Assembly: GCA_050273025.1 (NCBI GenBank)
Contig: CP158635.1
Span: 20,956,001 to 21,020,000, forward strand
Direction: 5' to 3'
DNA length: 64,000 nucleotides
Source of the DNA: Cenococcum geophilum
Lineage: Eukaryota
Below the pieces are notes generated by a model that saw nothing but the letters and a program-made list of their open reading frames with translations, did no database searches and was not told the DNA's origin. The translations under genes and the position numbers were made by a program. The number at the start of each line of letters is the position of its first letter. The stretch's first letter is position 1. Below, piece after piece: positions 27,587 to 42,400 of this stretch.

Positions 27587-30500
27587 CCCTTTATGTGGCA
27601 AAATGCAATTTTTAATTGGGGCGTATTTAGCGTCCTACTTCATCTAGCACACCTCGGTTAGGCCAGTTAGTGGCGTTTTAGTAGACCCCACCACTAAAAA
27701 CACGAAAATTAACCTAATGGAAGGATGCTTTAAAAGGCCACCATAAAAAGATCATTAAATTTTTTTTTAAAGAAGTTAGGCAGAAAGTTGTAATATATAA
27801 TGTTATAGTTATACGTTCCTACCCTTCCTCTATTAACCAGCTGCTAATTATATAGGAAAATCCTCTATTAGAGTCCCCTAAATCTTTACTACCTATACCC
27901 TTTATACGCGTTCCTAACGTTAATAAGGATAAGCTAGTAGAGGACCAGCTTAAAGTTATAAGGGAGGACGTATTGTATACATTAAATGAGGTGTATTAGG
28001 TGCTGTAGGTAATTAAACGGTTTAGTTAGCGATTATTTAGTGTAGAGGCTTAGTTAAAGGCAGTAGAGGAGGGCTTAAAGAAGACTAAGATAGACGCTGC
28101 GGTAAAAGCTTAATTAGCTTTAGAGCTTTAATATTAGAGGCCTAAGGAAGTAGAGGATTAAAAGTAGTTACCTAATTATTGCCTACTAAATAAAAGTTGG
28201 CAAAGCACTATAGGCATAAAGGAAGCCTACAACCCTCGCATTTATATACTGTTTATTTTACCTTTAATATAAGCTTCCTTGCCTACTTCCATCTACACAT
28301 TTAGTAAGTTAGTAAGCCCTTATAGCCCTATGTCTTTAAAAAGCCTTTAACATAGCGGTAAGTTCGCGTTTTACACCATTAAATTATAGGTAGTGGGGTT
28401 TTAGCAGTAATATAAGTTTTTTAATTCGTTCTAATATTTCTATAACTAGGCCCAACACCAGGTTAATATTACCTATATTTTAGTAAGCCTAAATAAAGAA
28501 GACGCTTAGTATCTTACTTATTTATACCTATTTACTAACTGCCTATAATAACAAGATTCCATACTAATTATATATAGAAGCGGCAATGGGTTTAAAGAAA
28601 GGGCTTGCTTAATATTTAGAAGATCTTCTTACTAATAATATAGGCGTTAATTATAGACGTATTAAGCGCCTAAAAGAATAAGGGCATCTAGGTATAAATA
28701 GTAGTAATCTAGGTAGTATAGTAGCTTTAAAGTTAATTATAGATATTAACGCCGCCTATTTAATTATTGTAGTCGATAGAGAGCCTAGGAAGTGTTAACT
28801 TCTTAACTAAATTATTACCCTAAATATTATCTACTAGCTTCTTAAGGAAGGAATTATATACTCGCGGCTAACGCCAATTAACTTTATTAATATCCTTATT
28901 ACTATATAAGTAAGCCGTTATTAAAAATTGTACTAAATTTTTATCCTACTACACGATTAAAAGCACTAAATTAACTATGCTAATAACTATTCCTATAATA
29001 AAGTTAAACGGCAGCCTTACCTTCCTTTTATCAGCCATTTTATATACCTCTAAATAGGCTTTTAAGTTTAATCGGGCCGTACCAGCTATAGTAATTCTAA
29101 GTTATTAAAGCACCTAGAGCAATAGAATATTTGTAAAGTACTTATCTAAAAATAAGCAAAATTAATAAGCCTAAAGAGGAAGCTATTAAGTAAGGTAGAG
29201 GACGCATTTAAAGGTATTTAAGAGAACAATACCTTAATAATCTGTTTGAGAAGAAAGCCTAAACAAGTAGCCAGGTAAGGTAAATATAAAGCTATAGTAA
29301 TATCTATATTAATAAAGGCTCATTATCTTAAAGCCCTTAAGTATTAGCTTACTAGGCAATTTAATTATAGTTATAGATCGTCTAGTAAACCTTACTATTA
29401 TCTTATTAAAGCTAACTATAGATCTAAGTATAATGTACTTTCTAAACGCCTCGCCTAAAGGAGATATTAACGGCTTAATCTTCTTAAAAACCTAATATTT
29501 AATGCCTTTTAGTAGAGGTAGTAATACGTAAAAAAAGCGCTTAAGTTACTCCTATTTTTTTAGCCTATAAATAAGCTAATTAAGTATTTAGGATACTTAG
29601 GATTTACGGCCCAAAGATCTTACACTTAAGGAGCTTTAAAGACGCCTATATAGATAATAAGTCCTACTTAAATCATTAACTTACTAGCAGAGGTCTCCTT
29701 CCACACCCGTAATTATTTACCAGCGTATTATCCTAATTAGTAATATCCACTAGTATTCTAAGAGGCTATATAAAGGTTTGTGTTAATTATAAGATTCTTA
29801 AATATACTAATACTAAAGAATAGTAGAAATACTTAAATCGGTAGGTCTTATCTAAATCTATACCTACTAGTATACAGTAAGCAGAGCGCTTAGTATCCTT
29901 ATTTTAAGTAAAAGGATTAGATTTAACGTCCGCGCTAAAGCCGCTAATAAGCTTATTAGTACGCTAAGCGGCGAATATTAAGTTATCTAGAAGGCTAATA
30001 ACTTTAAGATCTAGCTCAGGAACAACGGCTATAGGCTCCTATATAGTAGGAACGGTAGGAAGGCCTATTTTTATAACTTCTTCAGCTAATAGTTTTGGTA
30101 ATTTAGTCTTATCCACCTTATCTACCTTATCCTTAGCTGTCTTACTATAGGCCTCAAAAACGGCTCCAAATTTGTCCTCCTTAATATCCTTACTTAGCGT
30201 TACCACTGAAGCCTCTGGAGGCTGTATAACTTCTACCGCTAAGCTATTATGTGTATACTATATCGCTTAAAACGATTATAAATAAGACTTCTAGGCTTAA
30301 GGTGCTTTTGGAGGCATCAGAGCCCTTAGGGGTTTTAAAGCTTTTAGGGCCTTTAAAGGCTTTGCAGCTAAAGACGCATAACGTTTTTTTAGGCGGCATA
30401 AAGACGATATTTTGCTAAGAACTTAATAATTAAATAGACGGCAATAATATTGAAGCTTTTTAATCGATTACACTACTATATATTCTATATACAGGCTTCC

Positions 30501-30682
30501 TAGCCACGTCGCTACTGCTCACTGCAATATTTAAGCGTCAGATAAGGCGCCTACACCCCTACCACCGAGCAATCGCATTAACTAGAGGCTTTAACATTAA
30601 GCTATTTATGGTATAGAGCCTCTAGATTGGCTTAAAAGGCATATATATACGAAAAGTGTATGAATTCTTGCTATATAAAGGC
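27587..30682 (-). mobile_element. piggyBac-like transposon, RIP-degraded
   Basis: Ends ccctttatgtggca / tgctatataaaggc; transposase relics VRFTRRS..KLPSKLILKGFK (~29380), LFLDKYFTN (~29150), IGGVNI (~28750); AT duplicated at 27585-86 and 30683-84. Confidence 0.82.
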
Positions 30683-30719
30683 ATGAGCGTAAGCCAATAG
30701 TCCGTAGGGCGGATAATAA

Positions 30720-33074
30720 GGACCTGTTTAGTTCCACTGGAGGTATTAGTTTCTAAATTGAGGTGGTCATAGCTTTTGGCGCATTTTAGTGTAATTCTTC
30801 TGCCGCGTCTAAGACGCTATGTTAATGGTGTAAAATTAAAGACCTGTTTAGTTTAACTACCATCTAGAAGTTAACGGAAGGACTACCTCCCTTACCTCTA
30901 CCTTCTATACCTACTACCTATATAATGTTAACGCGCACGCCTATACTAAGAGGCCCTATATTCTAAATACAAGACGAATCCACCTTATACTTACCCTTAC
31001 CCTTACCCTTACCCTCTAACTATAAGCGTTTAATTATACCTGGAGAAGGATAGAGGGGGCTGTTAGTATAGACTTTTAATATAAAGGAGGCTCTGCTTTT
31101 AGGCTTAATATTAAAGGCGATTAATAAGGGAATACGGGCCGATTCTAGCTATAAGAAGTAGGCGTGGGAGTATACCATGCAGGCTGTTTATAAAAAGGCT
31201 AAAAGGCCTAATATAGAGCTTAAGCAAATAAAATTAAAGCACGACTTATATAAGAAGGACTATAAGGCTTAGGTTAAGCTTAAGAGTTAATTAGGATTTA
31301 GGTGGGATAAGAGAGGCTATCCTACTATATTAAAAAAGGTCCTTAATAATTACTTTAAGGCTAATTTAGATGTAAGGAAGTTCCGATATAAGCCTCTAAA
31401 GCTTAAGAATCTGTACTACTAGTTATTTGCTAATATAATCGCCACTAGTAAGTAAGCTATAACCCTTAGTAAGCTTATAGAGGGCGATAAGGCTACCAAT
31501 GATAATTATATAGAGGATAGTACTGTTATTAGTTTAACTAAGCGCTTAACTATACCTAGTTAGTAAAGCTCTACTTCTAATTTAAATAAGGATAATAGTA
31601 CTGTTAGCAACTTAGGAAATAAGCAGCTACTAACGCTGCTTTTACCGCTAATACTTAAGCTAGGAAGAAGAAGAAGGACGGAATAATATTAACTAATTGT
31701 TTAGGTTAGAATCTTACCCAAATAATAAAGCAGCTTACTATAATAGTAGACTTAATAATAGATAAATAGGCTTAGGCGATTAAGCTATTTATAAATTAGT
31801 TTAAGGACCTAGAGTTTAATTAGTAGCTTATAGTCGTTACTAAATTTAAGAAGAAGTTTAGTATAAAGCCATTTGTAAACTTAGGCTAACGGAAGTATAT
31901 TTAGTAGGTTTATAAGCTATTAAGAGAAGCTAGTAAGGATATTAAGTAGATATATTAGATCCTAGCGTCTTTTAATAAGGACGAATGTATACAGCTTAAT
32001 CTTAATATTAAGGAATTTAAAGAGGTTAAGGAAGTTAAGGAGTAGAATCTTAATAGAGTTTTTAACGCTGTATATAATTAGCTTATTACTACTCTCTTTT
32101 TCCTAATATCTTTATAAATATTTGCCTATAAAAATAGGGATAGGGAGTTTTATTAGGCCACTCGCTTATAGAATTAAAAATATATAGCAGTAGTAATATA
32201 TTCTAAGATTTTTAAATAAAAGCTTTATATATTACTACTAGGACGTGTAGATATACGCCTATATTATATATCCAATTGCCTAGTAGTAGTCTTTCTACAT
32301 CTTATTCGCGATTTCCTCCCGCCGCTCCTATATAGGCCTTATATTAATTAAATCCTTATTATCTACCTCCAATAAACGGTTAACTATAGAACCCTTCCTT
32401 TATTGCTCTAATTCCTTATTACTAAACGGCTTAAAATCCTCCTAATTATCTATTATATTATAATGCGGATTGATGAGGTTATATATAGCAGTAAGTGCAT
32501 AAATTAGCTTTAATTAAGTGCGTAGGTTAAATTAATAAGGCCTATTAAATATCCTCTAACGGCGCTTAAAAATACTAAAGGTACGCTCTATTATATTCCT
32601 AATACTTAAATAACAATAGTTAAATAGTTTAAACTTATTATTAGGCGCTCTCTCTACCTTTTTAATCTCCTTTAGATAATACCTTACGCTTTAATATAGC
32701 GATAATATTATATTTAAATTGGTGTACCTAGTATTGGCAAGATAATATTAACCTAGAGGAGCTTTAAATCCCTTGCTTATAGCGTCTTTAAGAACTCTAC
32801 CGTTATAAGTAGAGCCTTCCTATCTAGGTAGAATATAGGTAAAGCTTATTCTAAAATTAACCACCGCTAGAACGTTTTATATAATATTGCCGTATTAATT
32901 TTAGTATAGAATCTGCTTATCTATAGGTATATAGGTAAAGATATATAAGCTATTAAGGGCGCTAATATAATTAGTAAAGTATAGCTAACACTTAGTAGAT
33001 TTAAGAATCTCCTTTAGCATCTCTATAGGTGGGGGTTTAATAATTTAATAGTAAAGGTATAATAGAGCGTCTAG
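30720..33074. mobile_element. PIF/Harbinger transposon (Myb/SANT-like ORF on +, ~30900-31950; DDE transposase on -, ~33074-32250), truncated by Gypsy LTR
   Basis: TAA followed by GGACCTGTTTAGTT terminus; plus-strand AWEYTMQAV..KHDLYKKDYKA..LGFRWD; minus-strand NVLAVVNF..EGSTYNGRVL..YYLANTRY..RYYLKE..NIIERTFSIFKRR. Confidence 0.85.
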
Positions 33075-36000
33075 TATAACGAAGCCTTATAGCAGGAACT
33101 ACGGTAAACTTATTAATAGGCTAGGTATATAGGTAAACAAGAAGTTAACAACGTAATAATAACTAGTGGAGTGGTTACCTAATAGATTAACTCTAATTAT
33201 ATTCTAAGATTCACTATAAAGAGAAGAACTATTTGGGTAGGGACTATAGTCCTTTAAATACATAACCGTACTCCTAAGAAATCCTCCTTATATATAAGGT
33301 ATGTCTTATATATAAGGTATATAAGTTCCTCTTATTCCTCTTATTTAATATATAGTACGTTATATAACCTTAGTTACTATTTCTCATTATATAGTTCTAT
33401 CGGCTCTATCCTAAACTATGCCTTAATTAACTAACTAGCTACTTTTAACTCCTTTCCTAGTAGTTATAATATTATACTTAAAGCGTCTATAACACTATCT
33501 CCCTCCTTTCTATCTTTATCCTTAAAGACGCTTAATATCTCTAAGTTGTTTATTAGAGGTGTAATATATATCTAATTAATTTAGTTAATATTATTACTTA
33601 TTATACCTAAAGCTTCTTTTTCTTTATACGCCTAACGTTATACCCGCACTATTACTGCAATATTATTGCTTAGTAAAATTATACTATCTCCGTGTTCTTA
33701 TTATGTAAAAGAGGAATTAGTTTATATTATATTAGCGAGCCTATCCTCTTAATAACCGTTTTCTTATTTAGAGTACACTAAAGCAAATATTTATTTATCC
33801 TATAACGTTTACTCTACTTCTAATACTAAATATACATGTCCTATTATTCTTAATAATTATTTAGTTCCTTAGTTAATTTATCTTAGGGTTTTATATTTAA
33901 TCTGCTGCTACTTATCTTAATAGTAAGTTATTTTAAGCTCTTATTGGGTTAAAATGTTCTTATAATACGGAATAGAAGGCCCTAAATACTTATATTACGG
34001 CATCTGCTTAATTACTTTGTCTTAAAAAGGGTTATAAGAAGGTTTATTTTAAGGAGTAGAAACTTATAGAATAAGGTTTATAGGAACTTAATAATAAAAA
34101 AATAGATTCTCTTTTAACCGGGAAGGAAATAGATCTAAGTAGTTTAGCAACTACTCTTCTTAGGTCCCCCTTAGGTGACTTATTTTTTTATAATCCTTTT
34201 TTATTAATGCTACTTAACCTAATCTCTTTTAATACTCCTATACCTTTCTTATAGCGTTTTTTAGATTCTTTAGTAGTTCCTAGGTAGTCTTATTATAGCC
34301 TATCTACTTAACCTTGTACTATATTTTATTATTAATATCCTTATAACTAAGAATTCTTAAAACTTACTATTTATCTTCCTTTTATTCTTTATACATGTCT
34401 ACCTTATAGACTAGTAGCTTAATATCCCTATATATTAGCTCTAGTATTATAATATACTATATAGGGTAGATCTTTATCTTAGCTAGTAGGTTTAACTTAA
34501 ACGTAACTGGTGAAATTCTTTATATAATTTTAAAAGGTCCTAGTCTAATATAGTCTAACTTCTTACTTAGTTATTAACTTTTGAAATTCTTATATAGTAG
34601 CTATACTTTATCCCCTTCCTTAAGATCTAGTCCCTTAGATCTCTTAGCGTTATAGTACCGTTTCATCCTTTCTTATACCTTTTTTGCTAATTCTATAAGG
34701 TCTATATAAAGATTTATTAGTATCTTTATTCTTTCTTTAGCTATACTACTTATTTTCTTTACTTATTATGGTAATAATGATATTCTTAGCTTATATCCAT
34801 AATTTACCTTAAATAGTAATATGCCTATTCCTTCCTATAGTGTTATATTATATATAAACTATACTATTAGTAATAATAATGCCTAATTATTCTATATATA
34901 ATTAATATAATATCTTAGATACTATTCTAGTGTCTAATTTAATTTTTCTATCTATCTGTTCATCTGCGGATAATATATAGTAAAAGTTGCTGCTCTAACT
35001 CCTTATTCTACTAAGAATACTTTTTAAAATACTACTATAAATCTTAAATCCCTATTTAATATAATTTTGCTTAGTGCTTTATATTTTATAAATACTTCTT
35101 TAATATAGATTCTAGCAATATCCTCTACTGAGATTTCTTCTATATATACTATAAAGTAGCCCTATTTAGTTAACTTATCTACTATTACTAAGATTATATT
35201 ATATTCTTATCTGGTAATAGGATCTTTTAACTTTAGTAGCTTAATAATAAAATTCTATAATATAACCTCCTATAGTCTTTTTAGTATTTTAATAGGTTAT
35301 AGCCCTCTGTATAGCCTATACCTTATTAATTTATTCCTTTAGTAATCTAGACACTCCTTTATTACTTTTTTAGCTATACTTTAGATTCTGTTAATAATAT
35401 ATTCTTCCTAAAGTCTTAATACTAAGCCTATTGCTCTATTGTGTCCTTAAGTTATTCCCTTATAGAAATCTTTTATAAAATGCTCTGCTATGCTTTTTAG
35501 GATATACTTTGCTTCTTAATTTATATATATATCTATCTATAGATCTTCTAGTTATACTTTTAGAATTCTTTATATTTAAAAGTTCTCTAGTATTTTATAA
35601 ACTTTTTTTAGTTTATTATCCTTTTAAGTTACTACTAGCTTAGGGTAATTATATTTAATTAATCTATCCTTATCTCTACGTAGTATTGCTTTTAATAGTT
35701 TCTTATTATTTTATAGTTTAACTTTTCTGCTAAGTATATCTGCCCTTATATTCTTAGTTCCTTTAGTATACTAAATCTTAAAATAGTATTCTATAAGCAT
35801 CTCTACCTATCTAATCTATTTTTAATTAAGTTCTTTTATTATTAGGAACCCTATTAGGTTTTTATAATCTATTTTAACTATAAATAGTTTCTCTACGCCT
35901 TATAAGAATACTCTTTATTTTTTTTAGTACTATAACTATACCTAATAACTCCTTATTATAGACGTTATAGTTTAACTCTAGTAGTGTTATCTTTTAAATA

Positions 36001-39000
36001 TAGTATACTACTAAATGCTATATATTCCTATACTTTTATAGTAAATATACTTTTAGTATAAAGTCTAATACATCCGTTTCTATAACCGTATCTAGTCCTA
36101 GTTAGTAGATTTTAAGGATTAGCTCCTAAGTAAATAACTCCTTAAGTTTCTTAAATAGCTTCCTTTACTCTTTTTTCTATACCTATAGTTCCTCCTTCTT
36201 TATAAGCCTAGTAAACGGTTTAATATTCTTTAACTATTATACTATAAACCTTCTATAGTAGTTACAAACCCCTAAAAATAACCTTAACTATATTATATTC
36301 TCTAGTTTTTACTAACTTAGTATAGCTTTAATATTTTTTAGGTCTATACTAATATAACCTAGTTTAATAATAAATCTAATAAAATTAGTCTTCCTTATAA
36401 AGAACTCATATTTCTTAATTACTACTAGCATTTATTCTTCTTATAGTTTTTTTAAGACCTATTTAACATATTCCCTATATTTTTCCTTAGTTATTAAGTA
36501 GATAATATTATTATTAAGGTATGCTATAATAAACTTATTAAGGTATTCTTTTAATATACTATTAATTCGTTTCTAAAATATTGCTAGTATATTTATTAAT
36601 CCGAATTATATAACTAATAGTTTATATAATCCTTCTCTTAATTTAAAGGCTACCTTTTATTTATTGCCTGCTTTAATTCTAATCTAATAGTATGCCTATT
36701 TTAGATCTATCTTTATAAAGATTTACGTATTACCTATTTAATCCTAAATTTTGCTAATTAAGGGTAAAGAATACCTATCCTTTTAAGTAATGCTGTTTAA
36801 CTATTTATAGTTAATATATAGCCTAAGTTTTCCGTTCTTCTTTAGTATAAATAGTACTAGATAACCTGCTAATAACTATAATAGTCTAATATATCCCTTT
36901 TATAAGTTCTTTTAGATAAACTCTTTAAGTGCTTTTAACTCCTTTTAAGTAAGCTTATAGGTTAGAAAGAACCTTAGACTTATTTCTAGTTCTAACTCTA
37001 TTTTATAGTCCTATACTATATAATTTACTAACTTTTTACTTTTTGGGCTCTATAGTTTCTTACTATATTTATAGTATCTTTTTAGTATATAACTTAAGCC
37101 TCGCTTAGTCTCTTTATATATCGCCCTAACTTAGTACTATACTAACTTAGTTTGCTATTATATTTTATAGCGTTAAGTATTTTTAATATTAACTTAACCT
37201 GTTATTTAATTAATCTTTAGATTATATTTCTGTAACTAAGGCATTCCTAATACTGCCTTATTCTATCCTAATAGTAGAATATTAAAAGATATCTTAATTT
37301 ATCTTCCTTTAATAGTTATTTAAATAGGTTTTATTTTAAGGTTAATAATACCTTTTTTATAGGCTATCGGATCTCCTAAAATTATAACTAATAGGTAAGA
37401 TTGTTCCTTCTACCTATAAGGTAATCGTATCCTTTTAACTACTACTAGTAAGATATAGTTCCACGTTACTTTACTATCTATTAATACTTTAAACTGTTAA
37501 TCCTACTATTTAATCCTTAAATTTAGGTATTATTCTTAAATTCCTTTAAGGGTCTAAGGCTTTATTACTAGCTCCCTTTAGTTTTATAGGCCTCTACTTT
37601 TCCTAACTATTAGCTACTTAATTCTTATATACTTAGCTTACCCTTTAGCTAATACTTAGTTCGCTTTTTATCTTCTATATACTATAGACATATATTCTTT
37701 AAACATTTCTACTACTATTATTTATCTAAGTATTCTTCTATAAGGAATCTTCCTAGTTAAAGTATTAGGTCCCCTAACTCTTAAACTTCTATTAGATACT
37801 ATCTATATATATATTTAGCATTTCTATACTATTACTTATCTAGCGCCTAATATATCCTTATAGGGTACTTCTAATTCTTTTCTTTTAGATTCTTATGCAT
37901 TTTATATATATTATCCACGCATATAATCTATAATAGCGTATAGTATACTAGGTGCTTTAGGTTAACTCTTAACTCGTCTTTATTTTTAAGTTTAAACCTT
38001 TACCATATTAATCTAAACGTTACGACTTTATTTATAAATACTAAGATATATTTCTTATTTCTCTAGATCCTTTAATGTTATAATTAAGGCTCCTTTAATA
38101 TAAGTTATGGCCTTTTTTATAATCAGGTGGTCCTAAATAACTCGCTTATCCATCTATATATAGAAATCTTCCTACTTATTATTATATTGCTATTTATACT
38201 ACTTTTAGTATAGCTATTAGAGTATATACGGCTTATTTATAAGGAAGTATCTTCTTATTACTGTATTATAACAGCCCTTTATATATTATTCCTTAAACCT
38301 AATAGGGATCCCTAAATCCTCTTCGTTTTCTAGTTTAGTAAGCTACTTAGCCCTTAGTATGCCTACCCTAGGCCTATTAGTAATTCTTTATATAGGTGCT
38401 CTGTCCCTTATACGACCTAGTATACTAGATCTTTTATCTAGTTTCTATTCTTACTATATAATAATTCTTTACCTAAATTCTTCTATAGTTTCTTTTGGTT
38501 TGCGTCTTATAAGTAAATCTTTAAAGTTCTCTTACTTCTTAATTATAGTATTAATATTTTAATCCTATTACTAAGCCTTACTTATAATTTCTTTAATAGT
38601 CCTTATTCTATTGCTAAAATCTTAGTCCTATAAAATTCTTAATCCTAAGCTTACTTCTATCTTAAGCTTAGCTCTAGCCTTAGTTTAATTAGGCTTCTCT
38701 AGTATTCTTATTTCGTCTTAAGAGTCTTAAATCTTACTTATCTTATCTTAAGAGTCTTATATTTTTAGGAAACTTTATTCTAAGCTTATTTATATATTAC
38801 TAAACTAAGCTATTACTCTACTCTATTAATTATTATCCGTTATAAGTTCTTAAGTTAATTTTATCCTATCTTAGGATTCTTAAACGTTTTATATCTCTTC
38901 CTAAGAATCTTAAGCTTGTGGCCTTTTACCTTTATTAAATACCGAAGTAGTTTACTATTTTACTTCTTTTGCGTTTTATAAAGTAATAGATATTATATCT

Positions 39001-39723
39001 AGTAGGGTCTTAATCCCTACTAATAATCCCTATTCTATAGTGGAATTATTCTTTACCTTTTTTTATAATATCTCTAAGGTCTATATACTCCTAATAAGCT
39101 GCCTTTATTACCCCATTATTATAGAATACTTTGCCTATATTAAATTTATTATCCTTAATATCTAATTTATAAGATAGTTTGTTGGTTTCTCTAAACTCTA
39201 ATAATTTTAGCTCTTATAGCTAATAGCTTACGCCATACTTAGCATTTTCATAAATTTAGTATGCGTTATTATAATAAAACATAAAACTTTTAATTAAATA
39301 TTCTTTTATTCCTTATAGTATATTATTATCCCTTTATATATATATATCGTCTACTAGTCTCGTTCCTTTTACTATATAGTAACTCTAACTACTTCTATAG
39401 TCTTTAATATAGTAACCCTATTTTCCGCAATTTATATAAGCTCCTTTTTTAAACCATTTTTCTTACTATAAAGTCCGCCTAAATATCTTCTGCTATTAAG
39501 ACCCCTAGTTTAGCCTCTACTTCTTAAACCTTTAATTACTTAATCCTTATTCTTTAGGTTTCTATAGTTATTTATTTTATTTCTTATTTTTTTTTGTACT
39601 ATTTAGGTCTATTAACTTTACGCTATACTATAGTTTTTAACTTTAGCTTTATTATTGCGTGCTCTGCGCCTTATATAACTATAGAACTTTATCCTAACCC
39701 TTTTTAGTCTGCTCTCTTTAGTA
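33075..39723 (-). mobile_element. Second long Gypsy chromovirus copy, 5'-truncated within gag; 3' LTR 33075-33494
   Basis: Reverse complement collinear with ~6800-12300; PPT aggagggagatag then TGTTATAG; LTR 3' half matches the family, U3 part diverged. Confidence 0.92.
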
Positions 39724-40399
39724 TATTGGCAAAATATGGTACCCTTCCAATGGCCTTAATGTTAGTGGTTAACGCAATTGGCGCGCAGTTAAGGGCATTT
39801 AGCAACCCGACCAACTAGCCTATGTTATGTTTTTTTAACACGCAGCCTGCGCGCAGCCTGCACGCAACCTGCAACTATAATTGTATTTGGAGCTATCTAC
39901 CTCTTTTGTACCAATAGTATATTTTAGATAATAAATAAAGGCTACTTTAAAGCTATTTATAAGGCTAATAAGGCAAATTATATATACTTCCTTATACAAT
40001 CTAATATATTATTTTAGACAATTTAATATAATATTCCAACTATTTTATAATATATTCTAAAAGCATAAGACCTTTCCTGCTCTCCCTGCGACAATAATAT
40101 AATATAAGTATTTAGCTTTACTAGCATAGCATATATATATAGCCAAAAAGTAGCTACTAAGAGTAGCAGATATAGGCCGAAAGAAAGGTAGATTAAGAGC
40201 TAGTATATATAATAAAAAAGCCGTAATTATCCTATAGAAGAGTATAGAAAGTCCTATACCTAATCTCCTACTAAAAACTCTACTAGCTTCTCTATACTAG
40301 AGTCCAGAGTATATATTATAAACTTTATATACTACTCCTTATTCTTAATTAAATTTAATATTACTTTCCCGTTATTATACTAGCCATAGCTATCCTCTG

Positions 40400-42400
40400 C
40401 AAGGCTATAGTATTACTTAAATTATATAAATAACTTCTTAGATTTAAACCTTTCTGGCCTAGGCTTGCCGGTTCTTATATTTAGGATAAAGTGATACACT
40501 AAGGCGAAGGATATATATTTTGCTAAATCTAACAAACTTAGCTAGTTCTAAAAGTTGAATTAGCAAATATTGTAGTAGTAGTAGTAGGGCCCTAGATTTT
40601 CTAGCTTACTCTAAAGCTCTCCCTTTAAGACGGACTTAGTGGACTAGTTTGGCCTTACTCTAGAGCTCTCTATTTAGGATAGACTTAGTAAACTAATCTA
40701 GCCTACTCTAGAGCTCTCCCTTTAAGACAGACTTAGTAGATTAAATAGTATAGCCCAGCTCACCAATAAATAGCCTAAGTTAATAATCGCGTTAGTTTTA
40801 TTGTTATTAAGGCTTACGAGGAACCTCTCTCTTATATTATCGCTTAAATCCGCTATAAGGTTGTTAAGGTTATCTTTATACAGGTCCTTAATAATTTCTA
40901 TAGTTAATTAATCCGGCATTAGGCCTGTAGTATATTTAATAACTATAGGCTAAAGCCGCAGCTAGATTCTAGATTGCTGTTTTCTAGACATCTGGTTCTA
41001 GCCGCCTAAAAGGTTAGCGTAGGCTTCTATAACGGGTTAGAGAATAATAATAGGTAGTAAAACACTGGATATGCACTAACTACTAATAACAGTGCTATAA
41101 AAGTTGTCCGTTTCCTTAGACCTAGTTCTATACTCCCTAATTATATAATATATTGCTATTAAAATAAAAGCAATAGTGTTGCTAGTAAGCTTTTTGAACA
41201 TATTATAAGAATAGGGTAATTAGGCAAGGCTATTCCTTCCTTTACCGTAAAATATACTAGCTATACTAGCAACTATCGCGTTAGAACAGAAGCGGTTATT
41301 ACTTAGCTATTAACTCTTATTAGTATTTTACTAAATAGTATAGGTAAAATACCTTTGTATAATCTAGCGCAATAAAATTATAATTAGTTAGTAGTTCCAT
41401 AATTAGCTTAGGCGCGTTGTTAAACCCTAGCCTATATACTTCCCTTATAACTATATAAGCCTTTATAATTACGTAGTTCCTAAAGTTCCCTATTGCGTTA
41501 AATAGCTATATATAATATTAAGATTGTTAGTAAATAATTTAATATAATATTTCCAGTATATAGATACCTTATAAGCGGACACCAGGTTAGGAATATAATT
41601 AGCTTTTTTTATACTACTTTTAGCTACTTTAAAATGGCTTCTAACTATGCCTTTTTTATTATATCTTTAATAAGGCCTGGAAAGCGGTTAAACTATAGGT
41701 TAATAAGATGCCCGTTATAAGTCCTAGAGTTAGTTACTAGCCTTACTAGTAAAATAGACCTATAAAGCGTAAATATAGGCTTATGTCTCTTAGGTGGGTT
41801 TTCTTTTATACGTCGCCGTTATAATGTCTAGAAGTACTCTTCTCTTACCTATAGCGCGGCAGTTAGGTTAAAATCGTCTTTATAGTCTAACTTGCCCTCA
41901 CTTTCCCTAGTACTATTTAGGTCCCCTTTAGATTAAATACTAGGTTAGTGTACTCTATATTAAAGGGAGGTTACTTATTTTATGGACGAAGCTATATTAG
42001 GGTTTAGGCGGATACGGCTTACTAAAGAGAATGTAAAGCTAAATATTAGTTGTTTACGCGATAAGGTATAAATTAGGCGCATAGGAGAGTATTTTAAACT
42101 AGCACGCAATTGTTTACGCGGTAAGGTACGGATTAGACATATAGGAGAGTATTTTAAACTAATACGCAATTGTTAAGAGCCGGAGGTATATTATAAAGAT
42201 GCTGCTTTTTATAGCGGTTGGCGGTTAGATAGTAAAGAGAGTATTTTATTTACTAGGGCCTACCGAGTGCTAAATAGTAGAGGAGACTATTAAGTATTGC
42301 AGTTAGACTCCGGTTATGTATAAAGGTATAACCTACTTTAACTAAAAGATTAGGACTTCGCGTCTTTAACTAAGCTAGTTTTACTACCAGATCATTAATA
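40400..42400 (-). pseudogene. RIP-degraded hypothetical gene, possible DUF6532-like domain
   Basis: Relic NNRFCSNAIVASIASIFYGKGRNSLA..KLTSNTIAFILIAILYIIREYRTRSKETDNF; family assignment from recalled motif resemblance only. Confidence 0.4.

Larger units (their letters stand above)
16918..30713 (+). mobile_element. Pogo/Fot1-like (Tc1-mariner) DNA transposon, split by a Helitron and by a piggyBac-like element in its right TIR
   Basis: TA TSD (16916-17, 30714-15); ~65-bp TIR tccgccctacggactattcgcttacgcttatagtcctacgcagcttaatggaatac whose inverse is split between ~27545-27586 and 30683-30713; DDE_1 motifs LLLLNSYG and LALPPYVSHFL*PLNIVLF*PYKHY at ~26650-26800. Confidence 0.9.

Noticed and set aside
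30988..31020. (cttacc)n run resembling a telomeric repeat
   Set aside because: Four units inside the Harbinger ORF1 region; not a TTAGGG array.
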